This document shows, one piece after another, positions 36,256-51,027 of a stretch of 64,000 nucleotides of DNA. The position numbers and the translations under genes were made by a program. Origin of the DNA: Camelus ferus (lineage: Eukaryota); NCBI RefSeq assembly GCF_009834535.1, contig NC_045696.1:26104001-26168000 (forward strand). Direction: 5' to 3'. Position 1 is the stretch's first letter; each line of letters opens with the position of its first letter. The notes under the pieces are model-generated. The model ran no database searches and was not told the DNA's origin. It was given only the letters and a program-made list of their open reading frames with translations.

Positions 36256-39200
36256 TTCAGAATGATCTGTCAGTATAAGAATATCACCTATAGTTAAGAC
36301 ATTCTCGTGCATAGAGTTTTTTTGTTGTTGTTTTTTCTGGTTTTTTGTTTTTTTGTTTTTTTTGTTGTTTTTTTTTTGCTATTCTGTATTACCTCTCCTG
36401 ACCTCTACCTGGAAAAGCTTCAATAATACATCATTCAGAGGAATGCAGTTTTCTTTGCCTGTTTCAGGAAGAATATGGAGGATGGGAAGAGATGAGAATA
36501 AATTGGCCTCTTTCCCTCTAAATGAAGAGTTTAGATTTTGATTCTTATAATTGACATACTTAGAGTTAATATTTGTTCCATGAGTGAAAGGCATGTAAAC
36601 CTATGGAAAAGGCCATGCTAACAGATTGAGGTTGTCTGTCGTTATCAACTCCAGTAGCTCCTGTAGAATTATTCCCACTATGTTAATGGTATGACTATCC
36701 TAGGTCCAACTCTAGCTTTCCTAATACCACTGTAACTGATATCTCTCCAAACCTGTGTAAATAGATGTGCGTTTAGGGATTATTTCCTAGACCAAGGGAT
36801 AAGTTTTACCAGGAAATAAATATAATGTAAAAACAAAAACACTAATTTTGCAAATTAGGATAATTTATACAAGATTGTGGATACATGAATGATTGGAATT
36901 TATGAATTATTTTTACGTATATTAAGTGTATACAAGAAGCCAGGTCCAGTGCTATACACTTTATATAGATTTTCTAATTTTAACAAACCTATAGAGCAGA
37001 TGCTTATATTGACCCTATCTTATAGATAAGTAAAATAATATCTAAACTATATTTTTAAAACTGGTTTTAATAATTGATTTTATTGATGGTTGTGAGGGAT
37101 TATGACTAATTGGTGTTTTGCCGTTTTGGGGTGTCTTTCTACCCTCCGGTTGTGGGGATATTAGCAATCTGTACAAAAGCAGTAGAGCCACTCGTACAAA
37201 AAAAGACAAACAAGAAATACAACTTAAACTCAAACTCTGAACTACAGAGTTGGCTTTTTTGAAATTACAACTGTTATTATCATAATCATGATAACAGCTG
37301 GCATTAGCTAACTGTTTCCCAAATCATCATCACCATCACAGCAGTTTTACTTTACTGAGGAGGAGACCAAAGTTCAGAGACCCTAACCTTATTCCCAAGA
37401 CTCCAGACCCCAATATTTTATTAGTGATGCTCCTGATTATTTGTTGGTGTGAAATGTGTGAAAGATAATTAAATAGTGCTCTATGAAAACTGAAAGCATC
37501 TTACACACATAATTTGCCACAATATAAAATAAGTAGAAGGCTCCACTTATTTTTAAATGCTTAAATTTTCAGAAACTTATATATTTTCTGAATATAATTG
37601 CCCTCAATAACAAACATAATTCTTTAGGGTTTAATAAAGTGTACTTTTTCGTTTGAAAATTTTCTGTCACTTAATGATCGCATTGCTTATATAGGAAACA
37701 TTATGCAAATGATTGCAGTGAGGTCTATGAGTTTAGTTAAGCTGGAGAAAAAGTTTGTAATTAACAAATTAGCATTTGAAAAAGACATTTTGAATATGCA
37801 TAGTAGAAAATTCTGCTTAACTTGTGGGGTGTGTTCATAATGATTATTTCAGATTCATGCATATGCATTTTTTAACATACAAATAGTTGAAACCTTAGTG
37901 GACCAGTCCAGATTTGGCCATTTTTTTCTCTTTTTTTTCAGTTAAACAACTAACATAATTAAGGCGTAATGAATACACATACTGACATTTGGAGTTTTCT
38001 TTACTTCTCTTTTTGGTGTAATATTTTCTTAAACATTAAAAATACAAAATTAAGTACTTTCTATTTATTATGACTTCAATGTGGATGAAAATAACAACGT
38101 TAAGAAAAAACTGTATCGGTATCTGTCTTTTCCTGTGAAGTATATGGTACACATTAGAATGTTATGGTTAGGGCTTAATTTGTTTTATGTGTTAAATTGT
38201 GCTTTTGGAGGTTGTTTGGATGTTTGTGTCATACTCACAGAGACATTCAATTACTCATGTAGAGTGAAAGACTACCCTGTGATTACTTTTTTAAAAGAAT
38301 TATCCTATATATTTGCTTCAGTGTAAAGTGTTTTTTCTTAAGTATTATTGTATGTAGGTTATGACTGTCCTCTATTTAAGGAACTGTATTGATTCTTGAT
38401 TAACTATTAGATATGATCTCAAATCTTTAAGCATTGAGGATTGTTCTTTAATATCAAGAGAGGTACAAAGTATCTCTCTTGCTTACTGCTCCTGAGATGT
38501 TCCATTCTTATCTGGTTTCTATACTGTTTCTTTGTTTTCCGTAAATGCATGATCATCAAACTTTTCTCCATTACCACTCAAATATTTGGACAAACACACC
38601 TTCTGCCATAAAAATCTTATCCAACTTGCTTAGGCAACAATTATATTTTCTGTTGCTGAATTCATATGATATTTATGATTTGTTTATTACATTTCCAACA
38701 AATTGGGTATATAACTAGTTATAGCTAACTTAAATCTATAGTTGATAAATATGTGAATGCTTTGTCTTGCCAACTAGAGAAGAAAAATCATGTTTTCTAT
38801 TGGTTTGGTTAACCCAGTAAAATCCAATAAGGAAGCTAAGTACAGATTTGGCTTGACTTGGCTTATTGAAAGTATGGGTACCTCTTTCTAATGAACTCTT
38901 AATTTATAAGTTCTTCATTATCCTCTTATAATCAAAAAGAATGATCAGACTTAAAGAACTATGAAATAAGTGAAATGCTTTTCCCCACACTAGTCTGATT
39001 ATAACCCTACACTAGAAAATAAGATAATTTTAAGCAGTCTCATGAAATCCCTGCCAACAATATGATTGCATGTATTTTGAATTCTTTCATTTTCTTTGTT
39101 TGTTGTGACTTTTTTTCTTTTTTGGTTTGTCTATCTAGTACCAGACACTCTTCTGATGACATAAAAACCAATCAAAATCTATATTGGAAAAGCTAAGTTA

Positions 39201-41620
39201 CTAAGAATCAAAATGAAGGGGAGCCTAACATTAGCTCCAAGGACTAGGCAAGGGACACCTAAACAGAACACGAACATAGGGATGAGAGCATGCAGTGACA
39301 TGAAGTTATAAATATCTCCGGAGAGATCAAATGAAATATAAAGCTATCTGTATTTTCAGGTGTCAGGTTAGGCAGGGCATCATGGGCTGTGCTTATGCTT
39401 TCCCATGTAACCTACTCGAAAAAGCAGCCATTCAGTGGTTGCGTATTCATCCTTAGCTGAATATGCCTGCAGTTGTTCATTTTCCTTATGAGCATGACCT
39501 TAACTGACAGTGGATGAATCCCAAATCTGCACTCTTTTCCTTGAATTGTCCACACCATATTTGCCCCTTAGGTTTATTTCCTGAGAAAATTTCAATCTTT
39601 CTTTCTTCTGTTAAATCCTGGCTTTAAAAAAAAATATTTCACAAAAACAAAAGGGCAAAAGTTTTTCTTATAGACAGTTTTTTAGTACAAAATTTTTCTG
39701 ACTTCAGTTTAGCAAGTCTCTAGTTAGAGAGTAACTCCTCTAAGTCTCTATTTGCATTAACTATAATTTTAAAAAAAGTACTAGAGATATTCTTAGAAGT
39801 GCATGTATACTGCGAGCTCTTAGAGTCAACTATTGGAGTTTTATATGTCTACTGTTTTTTTCTCCCTCATTTTATGACTGACTTTATTTATTAAATAACA
39901 ATTAAAACATGAAAACATAATTATTTTATATAATTTATAAAGATGTATAGACTATAATATGAATGTTTAATGACAACTAACTGACATTATAGATTGAAAT
40001 TTGACTTAATGACCAGAATGACAAGACTTGTTCCCTGGGCTGCTTCCTTCAGAGGCTTTACTCTTTGGTCTTTAATATATGCCATGTTTTCACAATTATT
40101 ATTATAAATAGAAAATATATCTTAATGATTTTCCCAGTATTAGAAACATAAACTTTGTATTAAATTTAAAAAGAAACAAATGTGGTATTCACAAAGCTAT
40201 CTACAACCATTCATGCCTTATAAAAATGTAAGTCCACTGTTAGATAAATAAATTTTTGGTGCATTTAGCCAAGCACTATAAGAATATCTATACAGATAAG
40301 GTCATAAACTCATGCATTTTATTATAAGCATAATTTGATGAGTTATCATTAGGCTAAGAGCACAATATGATAATCAGAAAAATTGGGGGTCTAATTAAAT
40401 AATTTATAAATCAGCTATTAAATCACTATTTAACTAGAATGAATGATTTACTAGCATATGAAGAAAAGTCTTTACATATGAAATGAAACATAATAAATAT
40501 TTAAATATTTGGACTTTTTCATTAAGCAACTGACATTAGGGTAAAAAGCTTTCTGATTTTTTTAGTTGCTTTTGTAAACAGAATCTAAATGACAATTCTG
40601 GCAGGTTGAAATATTTCCTTTAAACTTTTTTTAAGCATTATTAATTTAATCTTTACTAGATATTATTATTTTCATCCATTCTGCGAATCATTGGTGAGTT
40701 AATTTGGTCTGTATCTAGAACAACCAGAAAAACATGTATAATATATGTATCTAAAAGGGAAATGAAAATGCATGAAAATATCTAATTGTGTATACTGTGA
40801 AGCTGGAGAATTAAAGATGATAACCCCTTTTTACCATTCAGCCGAGCGTGAAACAGCAAAAGAGATTCAAAACTTCATTAATTGCTCTCACACAACGTTA
40901 CAGGCCACCTGCACTTGAAAGAATTTACATTGGAGCAGATGGATTGCTGAATGCAGTATCAAAGATTTTCAGAATGTTTGTTTTAAAAATAAGCTCGATT
41001 CTAAGACAAGGACAAGCAAAGCATACAATTCACAAAGATGACATAGCTTTCATTATTGGAACTTTAAAAAATATGAGTAAGAGCACATTTTTATCTCTAA
41101 ATTAAAAATACATACATTAACCACTCTTTAAAAATGATAAAAGTTACCTATTTAAATTTATGGATGACAGTATGTTCATGTGTTTTAATTTTGCTGTATT
41201 CATTTGGGACTATTGAACTTACCTGACTGGTTTCCTTCACTAACTCCTAGATCAATGAAACTCAGCTTTTGCCCAATGTAGCATTTTCACAACTCTGATT
41301 ATTCAAGCCCTTGAATGAAGATTTTCAAGTAAGTGAGAAAAGGTTAAGGTTAACTTTTTGTTGAGGAAACTCATTTTCACTTGTCATTTGATTCTGGCTT
41401 GAGCTCTCCATTTGCACTGAAAAGCCCAAGTTACCCATTTGGAATCACTAGTTAATATGGAATTGAGCAAACTTACGCTTCTAGGTTCAGTTATATTATG
41501 CTTTTGCAATATATTTTAATTTGTATCTCTTGCAGTGTTTCTACAGCTTCACCCATGAGTTAAGTTTTACATAGAATTTGTTTTATGGTATTTCCAAGCA
41601 TTCTGTGAACACTGATATAC

Positions 41621-41850
41621 TAAGAGTCAGCAAACTACAGTTAGTAGACTGAATCTGATCCAGTGCCCATTTTTGGAAATAAGGTCATATTGTAAGACAG
41701 CCATGCCCATTAACTTACTTACTGTCTATGGCTACTTTTGTTCTGTGACAGTAGAGCAGAGTAGTCATGACAAGAGACCATATGACCCACAAAGTCTAAA
41801 ATATTTACAGTCTAGCTCTTTACTAGATTGGGAGAAGTTTACCAACCCAG
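41621..41850. mobile_element. MER58A-like hAT DNA transposon
   Basis: gagtcagcaaactacag...cagccatgcccatt...gtctatggctactttt...gagaccatatgacccacaaagtctaaaatatttac...agtttaccaacccag with degenerate TIRs. Confidence 0.8.
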
Positions 41851-41854
41851 ATAT

Positions 41855-42010
41855 ACTAGCTTACTGTGTGACCTGAGGCACATTTTCTTAACCTGTCTTT
41901 AGTTTCCTCACCTGTAAAATAGGGATAATGATGGTACTTATTTCATACGGTTTTTATGATGATTAAATGGGATAATACAAACTCTTAGGAAAAGTCCTGA
42001 CCCACAGTGG
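41855..42010 (+). mobile_element. MIR SINE
   Basis: ctgtgtgacctgaggcacattttcttaacc...agtttcctcacctgtaaaatagggataatgatggtac. Confidence 0.8.
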
Positions 42011-42524
42011 TTATAGCAGACACGCCACATAGTGGCAGCGTCAGCATCACATTTTCTAAGGAATAATGCTAGTTCATGGACGCTGAGAAATACGTCTAAA
42101 AATATATTCTTGTTGTGTTTCCATTTTCTCATTTAAATAATAATGGAGATAATGTGGTTTTGTGTTATGATTATGGACTTTGAAGGTGGAAGCTCTGAGT
42201 GTCAATGACAATTAACTCTTTACTTGCAGTTTAAATAATACACTTCAGTAGGTAATGCAGGCTGTAATCCACATGTCTTCATCTGTAAAATAATAGTAAT
42301 AGTAATAATATGATAATCATAGCATATCTTCTAATAGAGTATTAGATGATTATAAAGCACAAATGAAATAAGAAATATGTAGCAGTGTAAGATGCAATAC
42401 AGATCAAACGTTTTAATGCCTAATTAAGCTTATCTTGCTTACATGCTTTGCACTTTGGGGTAGTGAATATGTGTAATTATTTAGCTGAAAGAGTTCAAGA
42501 TTATCCCTTTTGTGTCAAGGTTCG

Positions 42525-42840
42525 CACATGCATCAACACAGATGAAACTTGTAGTGAGGGAAAGAAGCCAGACCCAGAAAAACGCGTATGATATGATCCT
42601 CGTTATTTAAAGTTCCCCAGCTAGAAAAACTAATCTTTGGTGGTAGAAAAGAATATCAGTTGCCCTTTAGGAGTATGTCGGGTGTGGGATGGGAGGCTAG
42701 TGATACTATAGATCTTCATCTACCTATAGGTAGAAGTTACATGAATATGTTCACTTTATAATCTTCATTGACCTCAGCAATTATGATTTGTGCACTTCAT
42801 TGTAGGTGTATTTATACTTGAGTTTAAAAATAGTTACAAG
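42525..42840 (+). mobile_element. Ancient L1ME-type 3' end
   Basis: gaaagaagccagacccagaaaaacgcgtatgatatgatcc...ttatgatttgtgcacttcattgtaggtgtatttatactt. Confidence 0.7.
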
Positions 42841-43399
42841 AAAAATAAAAGAACGGAAGAAGGAAGGAGGGATAAAGGAAAGAAAACCAAATAAGTAAAT
42901 CCACTTGTACTGCTTTCGGAATCATAAAAAAGAACGTCTTCTGCCATCTGATGTATTCACCTCATTCCAGCACTTACACACTCACACCCACATTTCTATC
43001 CACAGCCACATACAGTCCAACACGAAAGTACACACTTACACAGACACATCTGTGTAATCAGTGGGACTCTGTTTTGGCCAACCTTGTCTCCATGTGTTAC
43101 TTCAAATACATGATTTTTGACAGAATTGCCCTTTTATTTTTCTCTCTATATAAATCCTACAATATCCAGTTTTACCTGAAGCCTTTTCTTAACTATATAA
43201 GTCATTACTTATGACCTTCATGGGGCTCATAGATCACTTTCGCTCCATACCATACACTCATGTTACTATTTTCTAAACTTTTGTTCAAATTTTATGTTTT
43301 TGTATACACATCACTGATTTTCCCAAAATACAAGCATGTTCCATGAAGATAAGACAAAAAAGATCTTAAATTGAGGCTGGTTTTATTGTGGAAATCAAA

Positions 43400-43705
43400 T
43401 ATATTTTAAATTAAATTTTACTTATTCTTAAAAAGATAACACTCTACTAGTGCAAAACCAAAAAGTATAAAAGCTATTAAAGGAAAATTAAGTCTCTTTC
43501 TCACCCTAACCAGAAAGCATCCCATTCCTTTCTCAGAAGTAACAAATGTTGCAGCTTTTCTTGTACAGACTTCTATTAATATCTGTGAATAATCTATGCC
43601 TATTCATTTGGCTTTGTGTTTTTCAAAAATGGTAGCTTGCTGAAGACACTAGCTTATACCATGTTTCATGAACTGAATCACATATCTTGAAGATCTTCCA
43701 TATTG
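43400..43705 (-). mobile_element. Ancient L1M 3' fragment
   Basis: cccattcctttctcagaagtaacaaatgtt...atatcttgaagatcttccatattggta. Confidence 0.5.
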
Positions 43706-46514
43706 GTAAATAAAATAAAATAAAAATACCCAAAGAAGTTATAGAAGCATAGAAATATGAAACTATGGCAATGCTTCTTTTTTACCTGAATAACTTTGCA
43801 AATGCCATAAAATTGCCTTCTTGACATCTTCTGCATAGACTATTCTGATAATCATTTTTGTAACTTAGAGAAGGATTTAAAAAAAAGTTTATGTATTGAA
43901 CTATGCTGAAAACTGTTTTTCCATTTTGTCTCTGTGGTTTTCCCTTATCTTTCACATAAGTGTATTGAGTAAATATTTAGTTTATTGTTATTGAAGTCTA
44001 CTCTGAAAAATATGTGAGGCATTCCCAATTTTTTCTTATTTATTTGTTACATTCTAGCCATGAGTTTGTTTAAATTATAGTTCAGAACTTTGGACCTTAC
44101 CAGATGTTGAGTAATATGCTGCTAAGATATAAGTGCAAATGGCTTAACTCTTGATTTCTTTATAGAAGTGAAAGACAGTTTGGAATTCTAAACAGATTAA
44201 AAATAGAGGATGCTGTCCATTTGGGTTCCTTAGAAAGGAGAGCTCTTTTGACAAATCTCTCTGCTTATTAGACAGAGTGCAAAAGCAGTACATTTGGAGT
44301 TCATAAGCCATTGTTTTATGGAATTGATTCATCATATAATCCTTTCTACTCCTGAAATAAACCCAGGAGAATTTGTTAAGTAAGATGCTGTACGCACACT
44401 AGCACACATTCTTGTCCACATGAATACCCATAATCTCCTCTATGGATACATGCTCTCTTTAGAGGTTTATACTCTCACAAAAACAAAACAACAACCTTAT
44501 GAAGTGGAATTTCAACATGCTTTCCAAATTGGCAGTCGTTGTTTTAACATTACCTTTTAATAGATTTCTGAATCCAGCTGCAGGAATTATTTTTATCCCT
44601 TAAAACCGGTAATCCCGTATTTCTTTAATTTAACATTGCTTTTGTGATACATTTCCTTTAGGTTGAAAATATAAAAGAGCTGAAGTTAGTTTTGAAACCC
44701 ACCATTCCCAAATGCTTTCAAATGTATTTTCCTTCCTCGAATCTTGAAGTAATATTATTGCTCTCACGTCTATAAGACTTTCAGGATCCAAATTGTTCAT
44801 TCTGCAAGAATAAAACTTAAAGGAAACGTTCAGCAAATGGCTAGATATGTGGGAGATAGATTTTTAGAGGACTTTAGATATATGAGAGGAGCCACTCATA
44901 GGTTCTGCTATCAAAATTCCTTAGGATGCCATTCTACAAAATGACTTGTTCAGATCAGCGAAGTGCTTTGATGTCTTGTTTTTTTCTCTTTCGCAGATTG
45001 TAATCCACATGTTCAGAAAGCTTCTCCCTAGAGTATAATTTAACTTAATTGACAGTCATTGTTCCTTGAAAACTTTGAATTAAATTAGCATAAGTATGAA
45101 TGAAACTGGTCAAATAACCACATACAGTCTTTATTATTATTTTTTCCTTTAGGATCACTGACAATATTATGTATAAAATTGGCATTTGGCTATTAGATCC
45201 TCATTGAATCATTTCAAACTTGATTTAAAACTGGATACCTTGGTGTACAGTAATTTAGGTTCATGAAAAACTGTTAGGTTTCCCATTTAGTTCTTGGGTT
45301 TATTGAAGAACAGGGTACTTTATGTGCGTAGTGATGAATTTTGTTCTTTCTCTTTTTTACGCTGAGATCAAATGCAGACTGAAAAACTGACCGAGCATGA
45401 AATTGTTTTTAGAAATTGTGGGAGCTAGTTTAGATGACAAAAATCAGATGAACAATTGTTATTAAAAATGTGTGTGTGGAAAAGATTATGGTAATGGATA
45501 GGAAAGTTTAAATGTAGAGAGATATTAGCATAAAGCAAAAACATTCAAGTGGCAAACATCTCAGCAGGGTATTTGCATGCCTGCACCGTTAAAGGTGTAT
45601 TAAGGTTTTGGAAAAAAATTTTTTTCTTATTTTTCTGTTTTTTTTTTTTCCACAAGAGGAACACTAGGATAGGTTTTGGGTCTTCCGGTAACTGCCACTG
45701 CAAAGCAATTAGATTTCATTATGGCTGTGCTTATGCAATACTAATTAACATGCCTGATGTGCTGTTTTCCTTATTTGACCATGTGACAGCCCACAGGTCT
45801 GACACCCTCTGTGAACCAACAGCTGAGGAAATTTTCAGTGTGGCAGATTTTTTACAAAATACACCCAAACAGAAATGTAATCACACTTTTCCTGAACGAC
45901 TGCATTAACAGAATGTGTTACAGCAGATCTACAATTAGTGGGTTGCATTCATTTGTACTGGGGAAAAAATAAAGGAGACTAGAGATGATTTAAGTCTGTG
46001 CATACAAATGATTATACCTTGGGTCCAGAACTGAAAAGTGTAATAACACTGTATTAAATTATCACAGAGAATATCATTTTACCAGTAAAATAAGATCTAG
46101 TCAGGCTTCACTAAAAATTAGAAGCAAGTTTTTAATATATTTATAGCACCATTATGGACCTCTGTGATGCCCAGCTATTTTATTAAATCTTTGCATGTTA
46201 TGAATTTAAGACATGGGCGAATTTTTAGTTGTTGTTTTTTTTTTTTTTCCCGTTGTTGTAGGACTGGGGACAGTCTTGTTAACAATGTCAGATATAGTCA
46301 CTGGCTGCATAGATTGTACGGTCTAGTGTTGAGTTTGGAACAGAGACTATAGCCCCAGCTAACACTGTGATATGAAAGAAGGTACTTGATGTTGTGAAAC
46401 TGTATATTGAGGTATTTGGCCAGATTGTGAATTGTAGAAGTTTTCCTTAGGAAGTGAAAATTAGCAGAGACCTGAAGTCAAATTTGAGGTTAAGCAGATG
46501 AGCTGAGGACTTCA

Positions 46515-46710
46515 GAACACTGGGCCACACACTTTTCTGCATATCATGAGCACTTGAGGGATTTAAAAAAAAAAAAAGTTTTAAATTACTGATGCCTGGG
46601 TCTCGTCTCTAGAAAATCTTATTTGATTGTTCGGTGTAGGACCTTGGCATCGAGAATTTTAGGATGCCCCCAGGTAATTCTAATGCACAGCAAAGTTTGA
46701 GAACCACTGG
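46515..46710. mobile_element. MER5A-like hAT DNA transposon
   Basis: tactgatgcctgggtctc...ccccaggtaattctaatgcacagcaaagtttgagaaccactg. Confidence 0.8.
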
Positions 46711-47307
46711 GGAAACATTCTAGGCAGATGGAGAAGGCCTGTAGTAAGATGAAGCTTGGCAAAATCTTAATAAGGCTGAAAGATTGGGTCCTATTGGGTG
46801 GCTGCTGAGAGTGGGGAGCTGAGGAGAGGCCTGTGCAACAGGAGACTGGAGAGCTAGGGAAGAAGCAGCAGCCCACACAGGGTCTGTAGGCAATGGGGCA
46901 GGTTTCGGTCTTTGCTGAATAATAATGGGCCACCATTCAAATCCTTCCACAGACATGTCGCCAGCACATGCTTTTCCAGGGAAAAGCGTGAACAGGGTTG
47001 ACTGCTCTTTTTTGTTTTTTTTTCTTTCTTTTTGCATATTGGCCTGTCTGTACCTTTAAATGAACAGGAGTAATTTTTTAGATCAATGGCCATTGGAGAA
47101 ACTGAAAGCTGTTTTTTTTTTCTTTCTTTCAATCTTAAGTTACTACAAAGCTAGAAAATGTATAAAAATATCAATATGGTTCTTAAACAGTCATTAGATA
47201 AACCTCCCACTCTTCTGGTTTCCTAGCCACCAAAGGTGGATCTGAGCTAGACTTACGCTGTAGTGAGTTTTCAACTTAAGGGACAGATGACAATCACCTA
47301 GGGATGT

Positions 47308-47353
47308 GTAGATAGATAGATAGATAGATACATAGATAGATAGAGATAGAGAT
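47308..47353. repeat. (GATA)n / (GAGATA)n microsatellite
   Basis: tagatagatagatagatagatacatagatagatagagatagagata seen directly. Confidence 0.9.
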
Positions 47354-47380
47354 ATGTGTATAGAAGTATGTGATATATAT

Positions 47381-48077
47381 TTAGTAATTTAATTTTAGAG
47401 CAGTTATAGTTTCACAGCAAAATTAAGAGAAAGGTACAGAGATTTCCCATATACTCCCTACCCCTACACGTGCAAAGCCTCCCCCATAATCAACATCCCC
47501 TACCAGAGTGGTACATTTGTTACAACTGACGAACCTACGCTGACAATCGTTATCATCCAGAGTCCATAGTTTACGTTATAGTTTACTCTTGCTATACATT
47601 CTGTGTTTGGACAAATGTATAATGGGAGGTATCCATCATTATAATATTGCACAGAGTGCTAGTGTTTTCACTGCCCTAAAAATCCCCTGTGCTCCACCTA
47701 TTCTTCCCCACCACCAACCTCTGGCAACCACTGATCTTTTTACTGCCTTCATAGTTTTGCCTTTTCCAGAATATCATATAGGTGGAATCCTACAGTACAT
47801 TGCCTTTCAGTTTGGCTTCTTTTACTTAGTAGTATGCATTTAAGTTAATGCCATGACTTTTCATGACTTGATAGTTCATTTCTTTTTTTAAGATTAAATA
47901 ATCCACTATCTAGATTACCACAGTTTATTTATCCCTTCACCTACTGAAGAACATCTTGGTGGCTTTTAAGTTTTGGCAATTATAAATAAAGCTGCTATAA
48001 ACATTTGTGTGTAGGCTTTTGTTTGGACGCAAGCTTTCAGCTCCTTTGGGTAAGTACCAAGGAGCTTGACTGCTGGA
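47381..48077 (-). mobile_element. L1MC-type 3' end
   Basis: ttttagagcagttatagtttcacagcaaaattaagagaaaggtacagagatttccc...cactgccctaaaaatcccctgtgctccacct...cctactgaagaacatcttgg. Confidence 0.88.
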
Positions 48078-49094
48078 GGGAAATTTTTACAAATACTCCA
48101 GGCTCACATAAGTCAACTTAGGAGTGATACCTAAGCATAACTTTTTAGGCTCCATAGGTGATTAGTGTTTAATCTGAGCTAATAACCACTGATCCACTGG
48201 ATGAATTTCTTCAAATTTAATGAAACTTTAGGTGTATTGATCTTTAGGCTGAACTGGAATCTCTGGTGGTTTGAAATAAGAGGAAGCTAAAATGAACACC
48301 CTGAGCTATTTGTCTAAGTGTACTTTCTTCACAGAATGGAGATGAGTTCTTTCAAGGAAGTCTCCATGAAAGGAAACAGCTTCCAGAATGCTTGGTGATG
48401 AGATGACAGAATCCCTGCCTCCTCTGGAAATTTGCCAACAAAGCCTTTTGGGTGAAGAATTACAGGGACATTCTGAGGACTGTGACATAGATGTAGGGAA
48501 ATTTGCAGCATGAATTGAAATGATATTCAAACAAAGTTTGAAAGTGAAAGCTTAGAATGAGTATTAGAACCATACCAGCCAGCACCAGGGAAAACAGAGG
48601 ATCATTTAATAATAATCCATAGGAATTCAAGCATGTAGAATGAGTTTCTGAAGGTCAAAGTTGGCAGATTATGCCTTTCACCTCCACTAAATTTCAGAGC
48701 TGGAAAGAAACTCCTAAATCATCCAGTCCAAACCCGTCATCTAACAAATGAGAAAGTTGTGGCAAAGTGATTTGCCAAGCTAAGAGATTTTTGAGATGCA
48801 GGCCTAAAATCCATAATGCTTCACTCACAGGCCTTTGCCTTTTATCTGCAGCCCTCAGACCAGGGCAACATATAAGGAGACTGAATTTTAGTGAGAAAGG
48901 TTTATATCAGTCATAGGAAATTGTAATGAGAGTGATTGGACACTGTGAAAGTATAGTGTTGGAGTAGGTGCATCAGTAACAGTCACAGTTTGCTTAATAG
49001 CAAGTTACCATCAGCAAAGGACTGAACAGAATGCCTTGGTGGGGATTCAGGAGACCTGAGTTCAATTTTTTTTCTGTTATGGATAAATTCATGA

Positions 49095-49900
49095 TGCATT
49101 CATTCATTCATTCACGTGTGCATCTGTGGCCCCTGTATGCATGAGTGTGTGCTTGGTTGGCATTGTGGAGTAGGTAGTGTAAGAGATGATGCCCTTTAGG
49201 TGCAGACAGTTAGTATGAAAGGTAAGACATACATGTGCATAGTTTCAATAAACACTGATTAGGAAAAGTGTGTTCCAATGTGTAGTTCAGTGACTACTAG
49301 ATCAGCAGCCATGGAATCTAAGGTGGAGGTGTTGAACTAAGGAGCCAAGGAAATTTCATGGAAAAAAGTAGAATTTGAACTAGATCCTGAATGATAAGTA
49401 GGATGTGTTTGGTAAGAAATAAGGAGAACACATTTTAGAAAGAGGGAAAAGGGAAGCGTGCATGAATAAAATTACTACTCTTTCATTTGAATGTGAAGGA
49501 TTATTGAAAATAAGGTTGGGAAAGTGAGTTGGAATTAGATTCAGGCAAACCTAAAATATTGGGCTAAGTATGTTTAAATTGACATTGGGATTGGAGAGGG
49601 GAGGCACTGGAATAGATGGAGAAGGCAGGGTTGGTATCAGGATGTGTTTTAGGAAAAGCAACTTTGGAGAGAGCTGAGGGTGATTTGGACAGAACAAAGA
49701 ATGAAAGTCTAGAGAAATGTTAAAATTGATTGCAGAATCGTAGTTCAGACTCACAGAGAATGGGACTTAGAGAAGCAGCTGTAGAAATAAAGATTATGAC
49801 ACCAAAGACATAGCAGAGAAATAATAGGCAACGTCTGCCAATTAGATGGAAGTAAAAGAAGGGAGATGCAGACTCCAACTTACTTCAGGAGTTCTGAGAC
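49095..49900 (-). mobile_element. L2 LINE fragment
   Basis: cattcattcattcattca tail; gaatttgaactagatcctgaatgataagtagg; atcaggatgtgttttaggaaaagcaactttgg. Confidence 0.7.
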
Positions 49901-51027
49901 TGGCTGACATGAAAGAAGGCAGAGTCTTGAAATAAATATGGAATGCAAATATTTCTATAACAGTCATCATATTCTCATACTTTAAAAAATACCTCATTCT
50001 CCAATAAACATATAAACCTGCCATACATATAATATATTGTGTGTGCACAACGTGGACACCAGTACATATGCTGCAACTTTTTAATCACTTTTGCAGATTA
50101 GCATAGATTTAGAGCCAAAGAGAAATTGATATAGAATTAAATATATTAGGCAGTAGTGAAATCACATTTTTGTTATTGCTCTTGTTCAAGCTATTGACTC
50201 TGCCTAGAGTTTTATCATTTGCAGAGCTGCCTTATGTAGTCCAAAATGTATTTTAAGAAAAAGTTACTTAGAGTTATTTTAGTCTATAGCACAGCCACTC
50301 AGAATTGAAGATAATGAATAGTAGCTTCAGATTCAGCCTCTAACTAGATATTTAAGCAGGGACCCAAAGAGATGGTTGATTATTTCTTCTAATTCAACTT
50401 AGGACAGTGTAGGGAGTATGAATGTAGCGGCCCAACCCATCTGTTCTTTTTTTCTAATTTTAAAGAGGTTATTTTTACATCAGTCTCTGGAATTTTTAGT
50501 CCTGTCTTTGCTATGCTACAAAAAATACTGATGCTAACAGGCTGAAAGAAATCAAATTATTGTTAAGAGGAAGGAGAAATTATGGTACATTAAACAGCCA
50601 TTTTCACATATAGGTGATAGTCCTTACTCTTTAAATAAACTACATGACTTTTTACTTAGTCTCTTTTTCTCTGCCTCAGTTTTTCTCATTAAAAACCTCA
50701 ACATTTGGATAATGGGTAGCTCCATATATAATCATATTGTATACAGAGGTACATATATTTATTCATTTATCAATTCATCCACTCCTCAAACAAATCATTC
50801 AGAATGAGTTCCTAGCATACATATAGTTGTGGGTATCTAAATTCACTTGTGAACAAAAACAAATGAGTTTTTGTATACCATTCATTTGCAAAATAGGCAT
50901 GAACAGTCAAGTGAAAAATTCCCTTTTCTAGCTCTCCTTGTACTCCTAATAATGAATTAAAATGAAACCTTCCTTATAGTTTAGAAGCCAGTCTTCAAAT
51001 ATTATAACTTCAGATATTACTAGAGAA

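Larger units (their letters stand above)
47260..48195. mobile_element. MER5-like element split by an L1MC insertion
   Basis: Left part tagtgagttttcaactt...aatcacctaggg (47260-47305); right part ending ggctccataggtgatt...aataaccactg (about 48080-48192). Confidence 0.55.

Noticed and set aside
42021..42040. CTCF-like quasi-palindrome cgccacatagtggcagcg
   Set aside because: Mismatches at core positions in both orientations; not supportable without a PWM scan or ChIP data.
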